DNA from: an uncultured virus (IMG/VR IMGVR_UViG_2630968701_000003)
Lineage: Duplodnaviria; Heunggongvirae; Uroviricota; Caudoviricetes
Direction: 5' to 3' (one strand)
Virus record (IMG/VR): IMGVR_UViG_2630968701_000003
DNA: 64,000 nt
The notes beneath the pieces were generated by a model. That model saw only the letters and a program-made list of their open reading frames with translations. It searched no databases and was not told the origin of the DNA. Shown piece after piece: positions 37,507 to 49,300 of this stretch. Positions within the stretch are counted from its first letter, which is position 1; the number at the start of each line of letters is the position of its first letter. The position numbers and the translations under genes were made by a program.

Positions 37507-39606
37507 ATGAAGAAATACATTGCAATATGCGAGAAAAGTAGTATTATGGAAAATCTTGCAGAAGCATTACCAGAAAAGCTCGTAAAAAGAGGGCGTAATT
37601 ATTACGGCGAACACTATCAGATTCATGCTCTAAGTGGACACATTTTTGAATTATTTAATATGGAAGATTATCCAGAGTATCCATCAAAGAAAAAAGGATG
37701 GGATCTTGATGCATTACCATTTTTTCCAAAGACTTTTCGATACAAATTGATGCAAAAAACTACCGGAGGGACGAGTGCGAAAAAAATATTTGATGATATC
37801 GTAAAAGGAATTGAATGGGCAGATGCCGTGATCCATGTAGGAGATAGTGATGATGAAGGACAGGTACTGGTAGATAACGTGCTGCATTATGCTAAATGTA
37901 CTAAGCCAGTATATCGTTTAATCCAAGATTCCAATACTGTTGACGAGTTTAAAGAAGCATTGCAGAAAATGAAACCAAATAATTCTCCGGAATATAAAGC
38001 AATGGCATTGGAGGGAAGGTTCCGTGCTTTTTATGACTGGCTCTACGGGATCAACGCTTCCAGATATGCATCATTGAAATTCGGAACAACTGGAAAAGAT
38101 TGTTTTCATGTAGGACGAGTAATCACAGCTATTGTATTTGAGATATTTAAAAGAGATTATGAGATACAAAATTTTGTTCCGCAGCCATATTTCCAAAATG
38201 TGAGTAAGGAAGGACTTACATTAACATCTAAGACAACATTTAAAACAGAAGAAGAAGCATCAAAAGTTGCGGATCAATATAATCGGGCAGGAGCTAAAGT
38301 AATAGCTATGAATCGAAGAAAAACAGTAATCCAGGCACCTAAATTATTCAGCCAGAATACATTACAGGGATGGATGGGAAAGTATTATAAGATGTCACCG
38401 TCTGATACGTTAAAAACAGTACAATCATTGTATGAAAATGGATATGCCAGTTATCCAAGAACAGAGTCGGAATATCTGAAAAGTGAAGAAAAAAATAAAA
38501 TAAAAAAAATCATACAGTCACTTCAAGGCAGTGGTGTAGATCTTGCATTTAAAGATAGTAATAAGATCTTTAATGATAAAAAGGTCATTGCTCATAGTGC
38601 ATTGGTGCCAACAGGTAAGATTCCAGATATGAATAAGCTAAATCAAAAAGAACAGATTGTCTATAAAGAAATCGTAGATCGTTTCCACGAAGTGTTTTTC
38701 TCGGAAGAATGTATGGTGCATCGTACAACACTCGATATCCAATGTTTGAATGAAAAATTCAGAATACAAGGAGATATTTATATCAGTAAAGGATGGAAAC
38801 AGGTAAAAAATCTTAGAACAAATGATCGTGAGATACCTGATTTTCAAAAAGGTGATAATATTCCGATAAACTTTCAGCCGGAGAAGAAGATGACAACACC
38901 ACCAAAACATTATACAACAGATACATTGGTAAAATTTATGGATAATCCATTTGCGAAAGATGAAGAGATCGAAGATGAAGATACAATGTATGCAAATATA
39001 CGAAAGGGTGCAACAATCGGAAAAACATCAACGCGAGCAGAAATTATTAATAAAGCTCAAAAATCAGGATATATCTCATTAAAGAAAGATATTTATCGGA
39101 TTGAACAAAAAGGAATCTTCTATATTAATTCTCTATTTAAACTAGGAATTGATTTGAGTAAGGAAAGCACTGTTAAAATGGGCGTATTACAAAGAGAAGT
39201 TGGGACAGGCCAGATTTCAATTAAGAAGGCATTACAGCTTATTTATGAAGATGTAAATCATATGTTTGAAAAACGAGATCAGAATTTCTTACCTGTCATT
39301 TGTAGATGTCCGATTTGCAGAGGAAGAGTTTTGGAATCTGTATCAGGGTTTCAGTGTGAGAATAATGATTTGATCATGCTGAAAGATCATCCATATTTTG
39401 CAGCTGTCAAGAAAAAAGTTGATCGAAATATGGTAGCAGAACTTTTCACGCAGGGAAGTGTGGATTTGTTAAATTGTAAATCCAAAAAAGGTAAAAGCTT
39501 CAATGTGAAAGTCATGTTGGAAGAAGCAGAGGATGGAAGTATTGTAACTAATCATGGTTATGTAAGAATCACAACAGAATTTTTAAAGGAAGGTATTATT
39601 CGATGA
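37507..39606 (+). CDS. topB: type IA DNA topoisomerase (topoisomerase III-like)
   Basis: TOPRIM ICEK..GHIF..GDSDDEGQ; SLYENGYASYPRT (catalytic Tyr); AHSALVPT; IGKTSTRA. Confidence 0.88.
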   Translation: MKKYIAICEKSSIMENLAEALPEKLVKRGRNYYGEHYQIHALSGHIFELFNMEDYPEYPSKKKGWDLDALPFFPKTFRYKLMQKTTGGTSAKKIFDDIVKGIEWADAVIHVGDSDDEGQVLVDNVLHYAKCTKPVYRLIQDSNTVDEFKEALQKMKPNNSPEYKAMALEGRFRAFYDWLYGINASRYASLKFGTTGKDCFHVGRVITAIVFEIFKRDYEIQNFVPQPYFQNVSKEGLTLTSKTTFKTEEEASKVADQYNRAGAKVIAMNRRKTVIQAPKLFSQNTLQGWMGKYYKMSPSDTLKTVQSLYENGYASYPRTESEYLKSEEKNKIKKIIQSLQGSGVDLAFKDSNKIFNDKKVIAHSALVPTGKIPDMNKLNQKEQIVYKEIVDRFHEVFFSEECMVHRTTLDIQCLNEKFRIQGDIYISKGWKQVKNLRTNDREIPDFQKGDNIPINFQPEKKMTTPPKHYTTDTLVKFMDNPFAKDEEIEDEDTMYANIRKGATIGKTSTRAEIINKAQKSGYISLKKDIYRIEQKGIFYINSLFKLGIDLSKESTVKMGVLQREVGTGQISIKKALQLIYEDVNHMFEKRDQNFLPVICRCPICRGRVLESVSGFQCENNDLIMLKDHPYFAAVKKKVDRNMVAELFTQGSVDLLNCKSKKGKSFNVKVMLEEAEDGSIVTNHGYVRITTEFLKEGIIR

Positions 39607-40283
39607 AGAAAAAAATTGTATTATTTTTATGTGTTATGGGTATTATGACAGTTTTAACAGGGTGTTCTAGTGGAAGTAAAGAAATTTATACACCTCAAAA
39701 TATACAGGAAAAGAAAGCAAAAAAAGTGTCTGATAAATTTGTGAAAAAGGTCCAAAAAGAGGACTACAAAGATATTAAGTCATATATTTATATTCCAGAC
39801 AGCACATTTATTAAAGATGATGATGTATCTTGGTATATTGAAAGAAGTAATCTTGAGGATATCGTAGGAATGTCAAAGAAGCAGATTGTGTTAACCAATA
39901 TGGAAAAAGACAATACGGTAATTGATGATTCAGATAATAATAATGCAACTACAAGAAAACTAACGTATACAACAGAAGATTCCGAGGATTATGAAATTAT
40001 ACTTGTTCAGGATAGGAATAATGATTGGAAAATCTATATGCCAGATATCTATGTATCAAATTATAAGTATAAAGCAGAAAAAAGTCTTACGACGTACATT
40101 AATGGAATCGAAGTTACAAGTGATTACATAGAGAAGAGTAATGGTGTAGTGGATGATAATTATACAACGTATGATATTCCTTTTGTACCGAATAGAGAAT
40201 TTACAATCACATCATCAGATGGATTTGAAGAAAATGTGACAAGTAATGACAGTGATGTGCAAATTGATAAAAATAAAAAATAA
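39603..40283 (+). CDS. putative lipoprotein
   Basis: MKKK..hydrophobic..LTGC lipobox. Confidence 0.8.
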   Translation: MKKKIVLFLCVMGIMTVLTGCSSGSKEIYTPQNIQEKKAKKVSDKFVKKVQKEDYKDIKSYIYIPDSTFIKDDDVSWYIERSNLEDIVGMSKKQIVLTNMEKDNTVIDDSDNNNATTRKLTYTTEDSEDYEIILVQDRNNDWKIYMPDIYVSNYKYKAEKSLTTYINGIEVTSDYIEKSNGVVDDNYTTYDIPFVPNREFTITSSDGFEENVTSNDSDVQIDKNKK

Positions 40284-40402
40284 ATGCAAAATTGTAGAGA
40301 GTGTGTTAAATATGCAAAATACACAAATGGAATAAAGATAACAAAACATCAACAAAACATCATCGATACTAAGATGATGTTTTGTTAGAAAGGGGAAAGA
40401 AG

Positions 40403-43147
40403 ATGCAAATAAGCCAAAAAATCGGGCAATATGAAGTTTTAAAGACATATGGAAAAGATGCAGCCATCGTAACAGATACAATGTTTGAAACAACAGACAG
40501 TTATATTATGACGGTATCTGAACAATTAGATTTGTTGGGGATTAAAAATTATGATCTTATTGGATTCCCAAGTCTGATTAATCAATTTCAGTGGGAAGAT
40601 AAAGCATGTTTTATATATAAAGAATTTGAAGGAGCACGATTAGATACAATACCATATGATATTGATTTTGCGGTAAATGCAATTAAAAATTTATGTCTGT
40701 CTATTTATCAGGTGTGGACATTATCAAATGGATATTTTTATCCAGAAATTGATATGAATCAATTATATTTTACGAAAGATCAAAATCTGGTATTTAAAAA
40801 TGCGTATAACTTTTCAATGTATAAAAAATGTGATGAGGGTTTTATTACAAAACAATTATCCTATGTGTTGTATCAATTAGTAACAGGAAGAAAGCAATTA
40901 GATGATATTCGCAGTATTGATCCATCATTTTCTTATATCTTAAACTCTACAATACTTAAATGTGCAAAAGGAGAGACGGTATTAGGTATTAAAGCATTTG
41001 CAACAACGTTGCAGCAATATAAAGAAACTGATCTGATAGTATATCAACAGGATCGAAGTTTGCGGCCGCCACGCAGGAAGAAAAATACATTAACACGTTT
41101 TATGCCAAATCCAGAACAATTGGAATTTTATAAGATAAAACAGGATATAAATCGTGAAAATATGGAGAATACTGCCGAGATACTATCAAAACCTATTGTT
41201 TCAGAGGAAAACAGACAAAAGCTAGAAATAAATGATTCCAAACAGAAGCAGGGAAAAGAAGAAACTCTGGAAAATCATATAACAGAACATGAAGAAGAAA
41301 TGCTGCTGCCGGAAGAAGAGTTACTGGCGATTAAAACAAAAAAAACATTAGCAACAGATGAAGTAGAAGGAAAAAAGAAAAGAAATCTTCAAGAGGAATC
41401 ATTAACAAAGGTTGCATCAAAGCAACAAAAAGAAGCGGAAGATAAAAAAGATCTGAAAATAGAAAAATCAGAAAGGCAGCGTATTTCATCTAAGAAGCCG
41501 AAAGAGAAGATTAACAGTCAAAAGAGTATTAAAAGTTTAGAATCTGAAAAAAAAGAGCAAAATATAAAACCAAAATCTAAAACTGAATCACAATCAGGTA
41601 AAATAGAGAAAATAGGAAAGGAGAAAGATCATAATAAAAAGATAATTCCACAAGACGAACTCAAAGAAAAGGAGACTCATCCAAAGTCTCATATTCCAAA
41701 ACTAAGATCACAAAAATCTAAAGTTCTCAATAAGCAGGAAGAAAAAAGAATTCAAAATATATCTTCAGCAGGTAAAGGATCATGGAATAATATAAAACTT
41801 CCAAAGGCGAATAATGACAAAACAGAAAAAAAGGAAGTAAAAGTTCTTAATGATAAAGAATCTTTGAATTTAAAACAAAATAAGGAAAATGATTCTAAAA
41901 AAGAGAACAGTTCTAGTAAAAAAGAAATAGAAAAACATAATAAGATTCTGAATCATCAAAAAATAAATAACCAGAAGGAAAATCATGAAAATCTGAGACA
42001 AAAAACTAATACAATACAGGAAACGGAAATTGTTAAAGAACCGAATCATGATGAAAAGTTATCAGATATTCCAGCATCTATTATTGCAGAAGAAAATGGG
42101 GAAGATATAAAAAATGCTTCTGTTTCTAACAATGAGATAATTCTTGAAAATAAAAAGGAAATGCCAATAGAATCATCCTCGATAAAAAAAGTAATTCAGG
42201 AGAAAGAAAATATAATCTATGAAAGTGAAATAAAAGATTTTGTAGAACAGAATTCTTCTATACCAGATATTAAGAAAGAAGCTACTATACCAATTAAGAC
42301 GGAATACAAGGTAAAAAAAGAAAGAAAATTTATAATGCCTAAAATCAATATTCCAATGAGTGTACGTATTGCGATCATTAGCTCTGTACTTTTAGTTATA
42401 GGAGTCGGGGGATTCTTCATACATAATATTCATCAAAAAAATAAATATAATGATATTATAGAGGTTGTAGATCGCAGCACAAACCAAAAAGAAAAAATCA
42501 AGATGTTGCATCAGGCAATTGATATATTACCAAAGGAATCAAAAGCATACGAAAAATTGCTAGATGTATATTTAGAGGACGCGGTATTTAGTTCTAAAGA
42601 AGAAAGTGCTTATCTTAAAACGATTCATCAGAATTGGGACAAGGTAAAAAAAGGAGATGGCTATGGAAACTTGTCTTATGAAATTGGAAAGGCATATTGG
42701 TATTACTATGAATATGATGATATGAATAATGAAGAAATCACAAGAATGAAAAGTGCTGTTCAATGGTTTGAAGATTCTTTGAAATACAAAAGCACAGCAA
42801 AGCATCATAGAATTGCCAAAATTTATTGTGAGATTGGAAAATTTAATCAAGAGATCACATTAAATGTAAAGGAAGGAACAGATAAAGGAGTTTATAAGAA
42901 ATATTATAATAACCTTAAGGATCTATTAGAAATAGGAAATTCAAACACTGTTGCATCCTTAGAATTATACAAGTTAACGGTAAATTCTATTGATACTTAC
43001 CGAGAGCGATTTATTGATGATGGTATTAATGAGGAAGAGATCAATCAAACAAAGCAGGATGTTTTATATAAAGTCAATGAAACTTCTGTGGTAACTGAAA
43101 AAGAAAAGGAATTGAAAAATACAATATTATATAGCAGCAAGCAATAA
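40403..43147 (+). CDS. membrane protein with degenerate kinase-like N-terminus, long K/E-rich linker, TM and helical-repeat C-terminus
   Basis: IGQYEVLKTYGK and LSYVLYQLVTG resemble Hanks-kinase subdomains but catalytic motifs not seen; TM at VRIAIISSVLLVIGVGGFFI. Confidence 0.6.
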   Translation: MQISQKIGQYEVLKTYGKDAAIVTDTMFETTDSYIMTVSEQLDLLGIKNYDLIGFPSLINQFQWEDKACFIYKEFEGARLDTIPYDIDFAVNAIKNLCLSIYQVWTLSNGYFYPEIDMNQLYFTKDQNLVFKNAYNFSMYKKCDEGFITKQLSYVLYQLVTGRKQLDDIRSIDPSFSYILNSTILKCAKGETVLGIKAFATTLQQYKETDLIVYQQDRSLRPPRRKKNTLTRFMPNPEQLEFYKIKQDINRENMENTAEILSKPIVSEENRQKLEINDSKQKQGKEETLENHITEHEEEMLLPEEELLAIKTKKTLATDEVEGKKKRNLQEESLTKVASKQQKEAEDKKDLKIEKSERQRISSKKPKEKINSQKSIKSLESEKKEQNIKPKSKTESQSGKIEKIGKEKDHNKKIIPQDELKEKETHPKSHIPKLRSQKSKVLNKQEEKRIQNISSAGKGSWNNIKLPKANNDKTEKKEVKVLNDKESLNLKQNKENDSKKENSSSKKEIEKHNKILNHQKINNQKENHENLRQKTNTIQETEIVKEPNHDEKLSDIPASIIAEENGEDIKNASVSNNEIILENKKEMPIESSSIKKVIQEKENIIYESEIKDFVEQNSSIPDIKKEATIPIKTEYKVKKERKFIMPKINIPMSVRIAIISSVLLVIGVGGFFIHNIHQKNKYNDIIEVVDRSTNQKEKIKMLHQAIDILPKESKAYEKLLDVYLEDAVFSSKEESAYLKTIHQNWDKVKKGDGYGNLSYEIGKAYWYYYEYDDMNNEEITRMKSAVQWFEDSLKYKSTAKHHRIAKIYCEIGKFNQEITLNVKEGTDKGVYKKYYNNLKDLLEIGNSNTVASLELYKLTVNSIDTYRERFIDDGINEEEINQTKQDVLYKVNETSVVTEKEKELKNTILYSSKQ

Positions 43148-43171
43148 TCCACGGTTGTTTGTAGTTATCAG

Positions 43172-43358
43172 TTGTTATTTAACATAATTTATGATATTAT
43201 ATTATTGTATTTTTATTAGATTCCCGACGGTATTAGGATACTTGGGACTTTTTATAGAATAACGATTAAAATAGAACATTATCAACCCAAAGGGCGTAAA
43301 TTTAGCAGATATTTTATATCTGCTTATTTTTATGTCCTTTTTTATTTTGAGAAAGGAG
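43172..43358 (+). promoter_or_regulatory. promoter + structured leader, copy B
   Basis: TTGTTA-17-TATTAT with TG; gggcgtaaa..agcagata..tatctgct..tttatgtcc, T-run, AGAAAGGAG. Confidence 0.7.
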
Positions 43359-43419
43359 AAAATCAACGTACACAGTACAAAAGCAACTATCAATATGCTA
43401 TAATTAGGAGAAAGAAACT

Positions 43420-44247
43420 ATGATTTACGAAGGAATTCTTCCTCAACATGATTATGTATTTGGAAAAATCATGGAAGACAAAGAAACCTGTAAACGATTT
43501 ATAGAACAGACATTGGATATCAAAATTCGTGATTTGGTTTATTTGGCAAAACAAAAGACCTTAGATCCAGCTATTGATGTCAAAGGTATTCGATTGGACG
43601 TTTATGTAGAAGATGATCAGAATACTGTATATAATATTGAAATACAGTCAGCAAATCGAGGATCATTACCAAAACGCAGTCGATATTATCAAAGTGTTAT
43701 GGATGTAGAATCCCTAAATCGAGGAAGTGTCTATCAGGAATTACAGAAAAGTTTTGTGATTTTTGTTTGTTCTTTCGATCCATTTGGAAAAAAATATATG
43801 AAATACACTTTTGATAATCGTTGTCAGGAAGTATCTAATTTATCATTTGAAGACGGAACAACTAAAATTTTTCTTAATACAAAAGGGAAGATTTATAACG
43901 TATCCAAGGAATTGCAAGATGCTCTGAGATATTTGGAAAAGCCGATTATTAAAGAAGACAGCTTACAATTAAGTAAGATGATCGAAGCTCAATTTCGAAA
44001 AGCAATGTCTGATCAGAAATGGAGGCAAGATGTGAAAGCAATGGAAATTCGATATCAAGAACTTCTACAAGAGGGTCGTATAGAAGGGCGTGCAGAAGGA
44101 CGTACAGAAGGACGTAACGATAGAGAGATGGAGATTGTTTTAGGTATGATTGAAGAGGGTGCTTCCGATGAGATGATTCTAAAATACTTGAAAATCTCAA
44201 AAGAAAGACTCGAACAGATCAAAAAAAATCAAAAAGTACACGTATAA
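43420..44247 (+). CDS. Rpn-family recombination-promoting nuclease / PD-(D/E)XK putative transposase
   Basis: DYVFGKIM, IRLDVYVED..YNIEIQ, LPKRSRYYQS, C-terminal EGRxEGR repeats. Confidence 0.9.
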   Translation: MIYEGILPQHDYVFGKIMEDKETCKRFIEQTLDIKIRDLVYLAKQKTLDPAIDVKGIRLDVYVEDDQNTVYNIEIQSANRGSLPKRSRYYQSVMDVESLNRGSVYQELQKSFVIFVCSFDPFGKKYMKYTFDNRCQEVSNLSFEDGTTKIFLNTKGKIYNVSKELQDALRYLEKPIIKEDSLQLSKMIEAQFRKAMSDQKWRQDVKAMEIRYQELLQEGRIEGRAEGRTEGRNDREMEIVLGMIEEGASDEMILKYLKISKERLEQIKKNQKVHV

Positions 44248-44341
44248 AAACATATTATATAAAGAAAAGATATAGGCAAAAAACAGACAGAAAAATTACT
44301 GTCTGTTTTTTTATTGCCTTTATGAAAGGAGAAAAAATCAA

Positions 44342-44611
44342 ATGACAAAACAGGTTGTGGCAAAACGTAGCTTATCCGAAGGAACAGTACAATTAGAAGA
44401 ATGTATATGGGATAACGGATCTGTAACATATGATGTGTGTTTGATCTATACATCTTCACAGGCGACAAGTAAGAACTTTCATAGCATAGAAACTATTGAA
44501 GAAGCTTGTCGCATATATAATGAATACTCTGAGGAGTTATGTGAAGTATATAAGAACAAATACCGAAAAACACAACGAAAAGAAGGAAAACTTATTATTC
44601 AGGTGCAATAA
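44342..44611 (+). CDS. hypothetical protein
   Basis: AAAGGAG RBS. Confidence 0.65.
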   Translation: MTKQVVAKRSLSEGTVQLEECIWDNGSVTYDVCLIYTSSQATSKNFHSIETIEEACRIYNEYSEELCEVYKNKYRKTQRKEGKLIIQVQ

Positions 44612-44654
44612 CTGAATGTTTATGCATTGTATTATAAAGGAAGGAAGAGAAAAA

Positions 44655-45509
44655 ATGAGAGACTTAAACATAATCACAGTGTCAGGAACTGTAAATCGTG
44701 AACCAGCTTATAAAGAGAATAAAGAAAATCCAAACAGAACGATTTTATATTATAGTATTGAAATTTATACAGGAAGAGATTATTATCCGGACAAAGAAAA
44801 GAAGCAGTTAGTTCATGAAAAAATCTATCTTAATTGTGTCAATTATGGGAAAACGGCAATGGAATTGGTTAATAAGGTTAAAAAAGGATCTTATGTGCAA
44901 GTTTCAGGAGAGCTTAGACCAAATAATTATGACAGAGAAGATGGAAAAGTGTATGGGCTTCAAATCATGGCCAATACATGTATTCCAATGAATCAGCTAA
45001 ATCAGCAGAACAATAATCAAAATACACAGAAACAAAATCAGAATAATTCAAGCAAAAGACAGCAGAGGCAGTCTAACCATGCAAATCCTCAGAATCAGGA
45101 ATCAAGAAACTCTAATAGAGGACAGCATTCTGAGATGCAAGGGCAGAACACAACTGAAACAAGTACAAGTGTACCGCCTAAAAAAAGAGCTACAATGCCA
45201 ATGGCACAAGAAGTAAATCAGCAGCAATCAGCAGGGAATTCATCCAATAGAACATCAAATTCAAATCAGCAGAATTCACAATCTAATACTGGCAAAAATG
45301 CTTCAACTCAAAGAAGTAATAATTCTGGAAGAAAAAATTCTGAAAGATCAAATCAACAGCCAAGTAGTAGTAATAATGAGTTTGCTGGTCTTGCACCGGA
45401 AGAAAATCCATTTAATATGGCAGCGGTGAAGGATGATGAGTTTCATAACCCTTACGGAGATGGAAATTTACCAGATCCAAATGACTTTATGCAAAATGGA
45501 GATAATTAA
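44655..45509 (+). CDS. ssb: single-stranded DNA-binding protein with long N/Q/S-rich tail
   Basis: LNIITVSGTVNREP..KKGSYVQVSGELRPNNYDREDG OB fold; acidic C-terminus. Confidence 0.82.
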   Translation: MRDLNIITVSGTVNREPAYKENKENPNRTILYYSIEIYTGRDYYPDKEKKQLVHEKIYLNCVNYGKTAMELVNKVKKGSYVQVSGELRPNNYDREDGKVYGLQIMANTCIPMNQLNQQNNNQNTQKQNQNNSSKRQQRQSNHANPQNQESRNSNRGQHSEMQGQNTTETSTSVPPKKRATMPMAQEVNQQQSAGNSSNRTSNSNQQNSQSNTGKNASTQRSNNSGRKNSERSNQQPSSSNNEFAGLAPEENPFNMAAVKDDEFHNPYGDGNLPDPNDFMQNGDN

Positions 45510-45534
45510 TTATATATATTAAGGAGAATGAGTA

Positions 45535-46227
45535 ATGAAAGAACAAACAATGAAAGAAACAACACTAAAGGTTAAAAATCAAACAACAACATTACAAAAA
45601 GCAATTATTTTGGGTGATATTGTGTTTATGATTGGATCCTTTTCAGTATTTTTATGCAACTTATTAATTTCCTATATTTTATATCGAAATGAAGGAAAAG
45701 AAGGAGCAGAGAAATGGAAAATTGTATTATTAGTTTTCTTATTTTTAACTGGAGGACCAGTTAACTCTTTATTAGGGTTAGGGAATGTAAGTTTATTTAA
45801 TACATTTTTATCCAAAAATAAGGCTAGTAAAAAAGAAGCAGTAGAAACTAATGAAGAAGAGATTATTAATAATTCATCAGAAGTTGAAAGTGCAGTAAAA
45901 GAAAAAAGTGTGAAAAAATCTGAAACAAAAAAAACAGATCCTAAAAAAGAAGTAGACTTATGGTTAAATCATTTTGCCTACCAGACAATCAATCGCTTCA
46001 TCATGGAAGCAGACGCAAGTGGTTGTGACTTTTTACAGGTAAATACATCTGGAAAAGTAGAAGGATATGGAGAAGAAGATGGAGAATTGAAAAAAATGTA
46101 TGAAGATACAATTGAACGGTTACCAGATTCTAAATTTTTCCCTTATGTATGTTCAGAATTTGAACGTCTTTGGAGAGAAGTTTCTACAGATTATTCCGAT
46201 GATAAATTTGTGATTCAGTGGAAATAA
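45535..46227 (+). CDS. hypothetical membrane protein
   Basis: two hydrophobic segments; RBS. Confidence 0.7.
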   Translation: MKEQTMKETTLKVKNQTTTLQKAIILGDIVFMIGSFSVFLCNLLISYILYRNEGKEGAEKWKIVLLVFLFLTGGPVNSLLGLGNVSLFNTFLSKNKASKKEAVETNEEEIINNSSEVESAVKEKSVKKSETKKTDPKKEVDLWLNHFAYQTINRFIMEADASGCDFLQVNTSGKVEGYGEEDGELKKMYEDTIERLPDSKFFPYVCSEFERLWREVSTDYSDDKFVIQWK

Positions 46228-46391
46228 TCGATACTTTATGTAGAATGTAGGAGGAATTCTACATTTTCACATTTCAGATAACAATTTAACTAAATAATAA
46301 TAGAATTTCAGACGAAGGCCGTCGCATTAATGATTAAGAATCAGAGATGCGGCGGCCTTTTTTTTGTTTATAAGAAAGGACCTTTAAATTT

Positions 46392-49300
46392 ATGAGAAGA
46401 AAGAAAAATAAACAGATGGAAGGGCAAATGTCTATTTTTGATATGTTTTCTTCTGTCATTGAAAATACTAAAACTGAGGAAGAAAATGTTACAGTTTCAG
46501 AAGGTGGTATTGCTGCAGCTGACATAACAGCAGTAGAGACAGGAACGCAAACATCTATTTTCGACTTGTTTTCTACAGATGAGCAAGATACACAGAAACA
46601 AGAAAAAAAGCCTAAAAAGAATTTCTTCCATAGAACAATTCAGTTCGCAAAGAGCTTGGAAGATAAATGGAAGAACAATCTAGCAGCATTAAAAATGTTA
46701 CTTGGGTTGGACGATTATGCTGATGAAGATCAGCAAACCATCTTGTCAAGTTATGAAGGATGGGGTGGATTGTCTTCATATTTCGAAGTGGAGGAAAAGA
46801 AAGTACAGTTAGAAACCCTTGTTGGAGAAAATACATATAAGGGAATTAAGTCTTCAATCTTAACATCCTATTATACAAATGAAAAAATCATAAACTTTAT
46901 GTATCAGATTCTATCTGAAATAGGAGTCAAAGGGAAGTTGAATATTCTTGATCCTTGCATGGGAACAGGAAATTTCTATCGGATGCTTCCAGATACATTA
47001 CAAGATTCAAACTTGTACGGTGTTGAGTTAGAGGAAACGAGCTGTAATATCGCAAAACAGCTATTTCAGAAAGCCAATATTCAAAATTGTGCATTTGAAA
47101 AAGCTGATCTGCCAGACAATTATTTTGATCTGATCATTGGAAATGTACCATTTTCCGATTTTAGTGCAGCAGATAATACGTACGGCTCATGCTTAATTCA
47201 TGATTACTTTTTTCTTAAAGCATTAGATCTTGCCCGACCGGGTGGAATTGTTGCTATGATAACCACAAAAGGCACAATGGACAAGAAATCTAGCCGCATT
47301 CGTAAGATGTTAGCGAAAAAAGCTGATCTTTTATGTGCCATCAGACTTCCAGAAACAGCTTTTGCAGTGACAGGAGCCAAGGTTTCTACAGACATTTTAT
47401 TTTTCCAGAAAAGAAGATACCAGACGGTCGGTGATGAACCGGAATGGGTAAACATTGCACAAGAAGCTAATATGTATTTTGGCACGCATCTTAATCATAT
47501 GTTAGGACGTATGATGGAAGAAAGTGGACCATACGGAAAACGCTTTGTATGTAAGGAAAAAGAAGGTATGGACTGGAAAGCATGTATTGATAATTTTCAT
47601 TTGGAAAGTTATCTCAAAGATGTTTATGAACCAGGTCAGACAATTGAGAATAACGATGAAGAATATGTTCCGGCAGTAGATTCCATTAGTAACATGTCCT
47701 ATGGAATTTACAATGATCATATTTATTACCGAAAGAATTCCATGATGAAAAAAATTCCGGATACAGGAATGGTCGCAAAAAGAATTGCAGCCATGATCGA
47801 ATTAAGAAATGTATTAAAGGAATTGATTTCTAAAGAAATGCAAGATGTTAGTGATGAATCGATTGAACCATATCGTAAGAAATTAAATATGACTTATGAT
47901 AAGTTTCAAAAAAAATTTGGACTGATCCATAGTAGAGGGAATAAATTAGCATTTCAGGAAGATGATAGTTATTACCTCCTTTGTTCTTTGGAAAATCTGG
48001 ATGAAAACAATAAGCTAAAAAGCAAGGCAGATATATTCACAAAAAGAACTATTGTTCCTCATTCTGTGCCAGATAAAGTCAATACAGCACAGGAGTCATT
48101 ATTATGCTCACTGAATGAAAAAGGATGTATTGATTTTGCTTTTATGGAAAGTATTTATGACAAAGCAGAGAAAGATATCATTGAAGAACTTCAAGGACAG
48201 ATCTTTTTAGATCCAGAAACCGAAGAGTATGTCATGAAAGATGAATATTTATCAGGCAATGTTCGAAAGAAATTGGAATTTGCAAAGTGTGCAGCAAAAC
48301 AGGATAAAAAATATAATATCAATGTCGCTGCATTGGAAGAAGCACAGCCGGAGCCATTAAAAGCTGCAGAGATTGATGCAAAACTTGGTGCAACATGGAT
48401 TCCTGCTCATTACATTGAAGATTTCTTGGTTGAGGTTTTTGACACTCCACGAGAATATTTTAATGGAAATGGTATGAGTGTTACTTATACTAAAGAGACA
48501 GATCATTGGGATATCGAATGGTATCGAGATTCTGCAAACCAGAAAGCTGCGGTTACGTATGGAACAAAACGAATCAATGGATTTCTTTTGTTAGAAAAAT
48601 GCTTAAACTTAAAAGATGCAAAGGTCTATGATACGGTTTATGATGAAAATGATAATAAGAAAGAAGTATTAAACTCAAAAGAGACAACGCTTGCGATGGG
48701 CAAACAGGATGAGATCAGAGAAGTATTTCATTCTTGGATCTTTAAGAGCTATGATCGTCGTTGTGATCTTGAAAACATTTATAATGAAAGATTTAATTCC
48801 ATCAGGTATCGTACATTTGATGGGGACTTTTTAAAAGTTCCAAATATGAACAGCGAGATCAAACTGTATAAACATCAAAAAGATGCAATCATGAGGATTC
48901 TATTTTCTAAAGACAATTCACTAATTGGGCACAAAGTCGGCTACGGAAAAACATATACTGCGATTGCAGCAATTATGGTGGCCAAAAGATTAAAATTATC
49001 TGAAAAGAACTTATTTGTTGTTCCAAATCCATTAGTAGGCCAGTGGGGAGAAGAATTCATGAAATTATTCCCTGGTGCTAACATTTTAGTGTCCAGTGAG
49101 AACGATTTTACTCCGGCCAAGAGAAAAGAATTTTGTTCTAAAATCGCGACAGGATCATACGATGCAATCATTATTGCTCAGTCACAATTCCAAAAAATCC
49201 CGATTTCTCCTGAATATCAGGAAAAATATATTAAAGCACAGATTGAAGAATTAGATAAGCTGTTAGACTCTGCTGAGCAGAACTTTACAGTACGAAATAT

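Noticed and set aside
44071..44118. 12-nt tandem repeats (gaagg(g/a)cgt) in the rpn gene
   Set aside because: Ordinary EGRxEGR C-terminal repeats of the Rpn family, not an array
44990..45380. N/Q/S-rich low-complexity stretch
   Set aside because: Disordered SSB linker; no nucleotide-level periodicity
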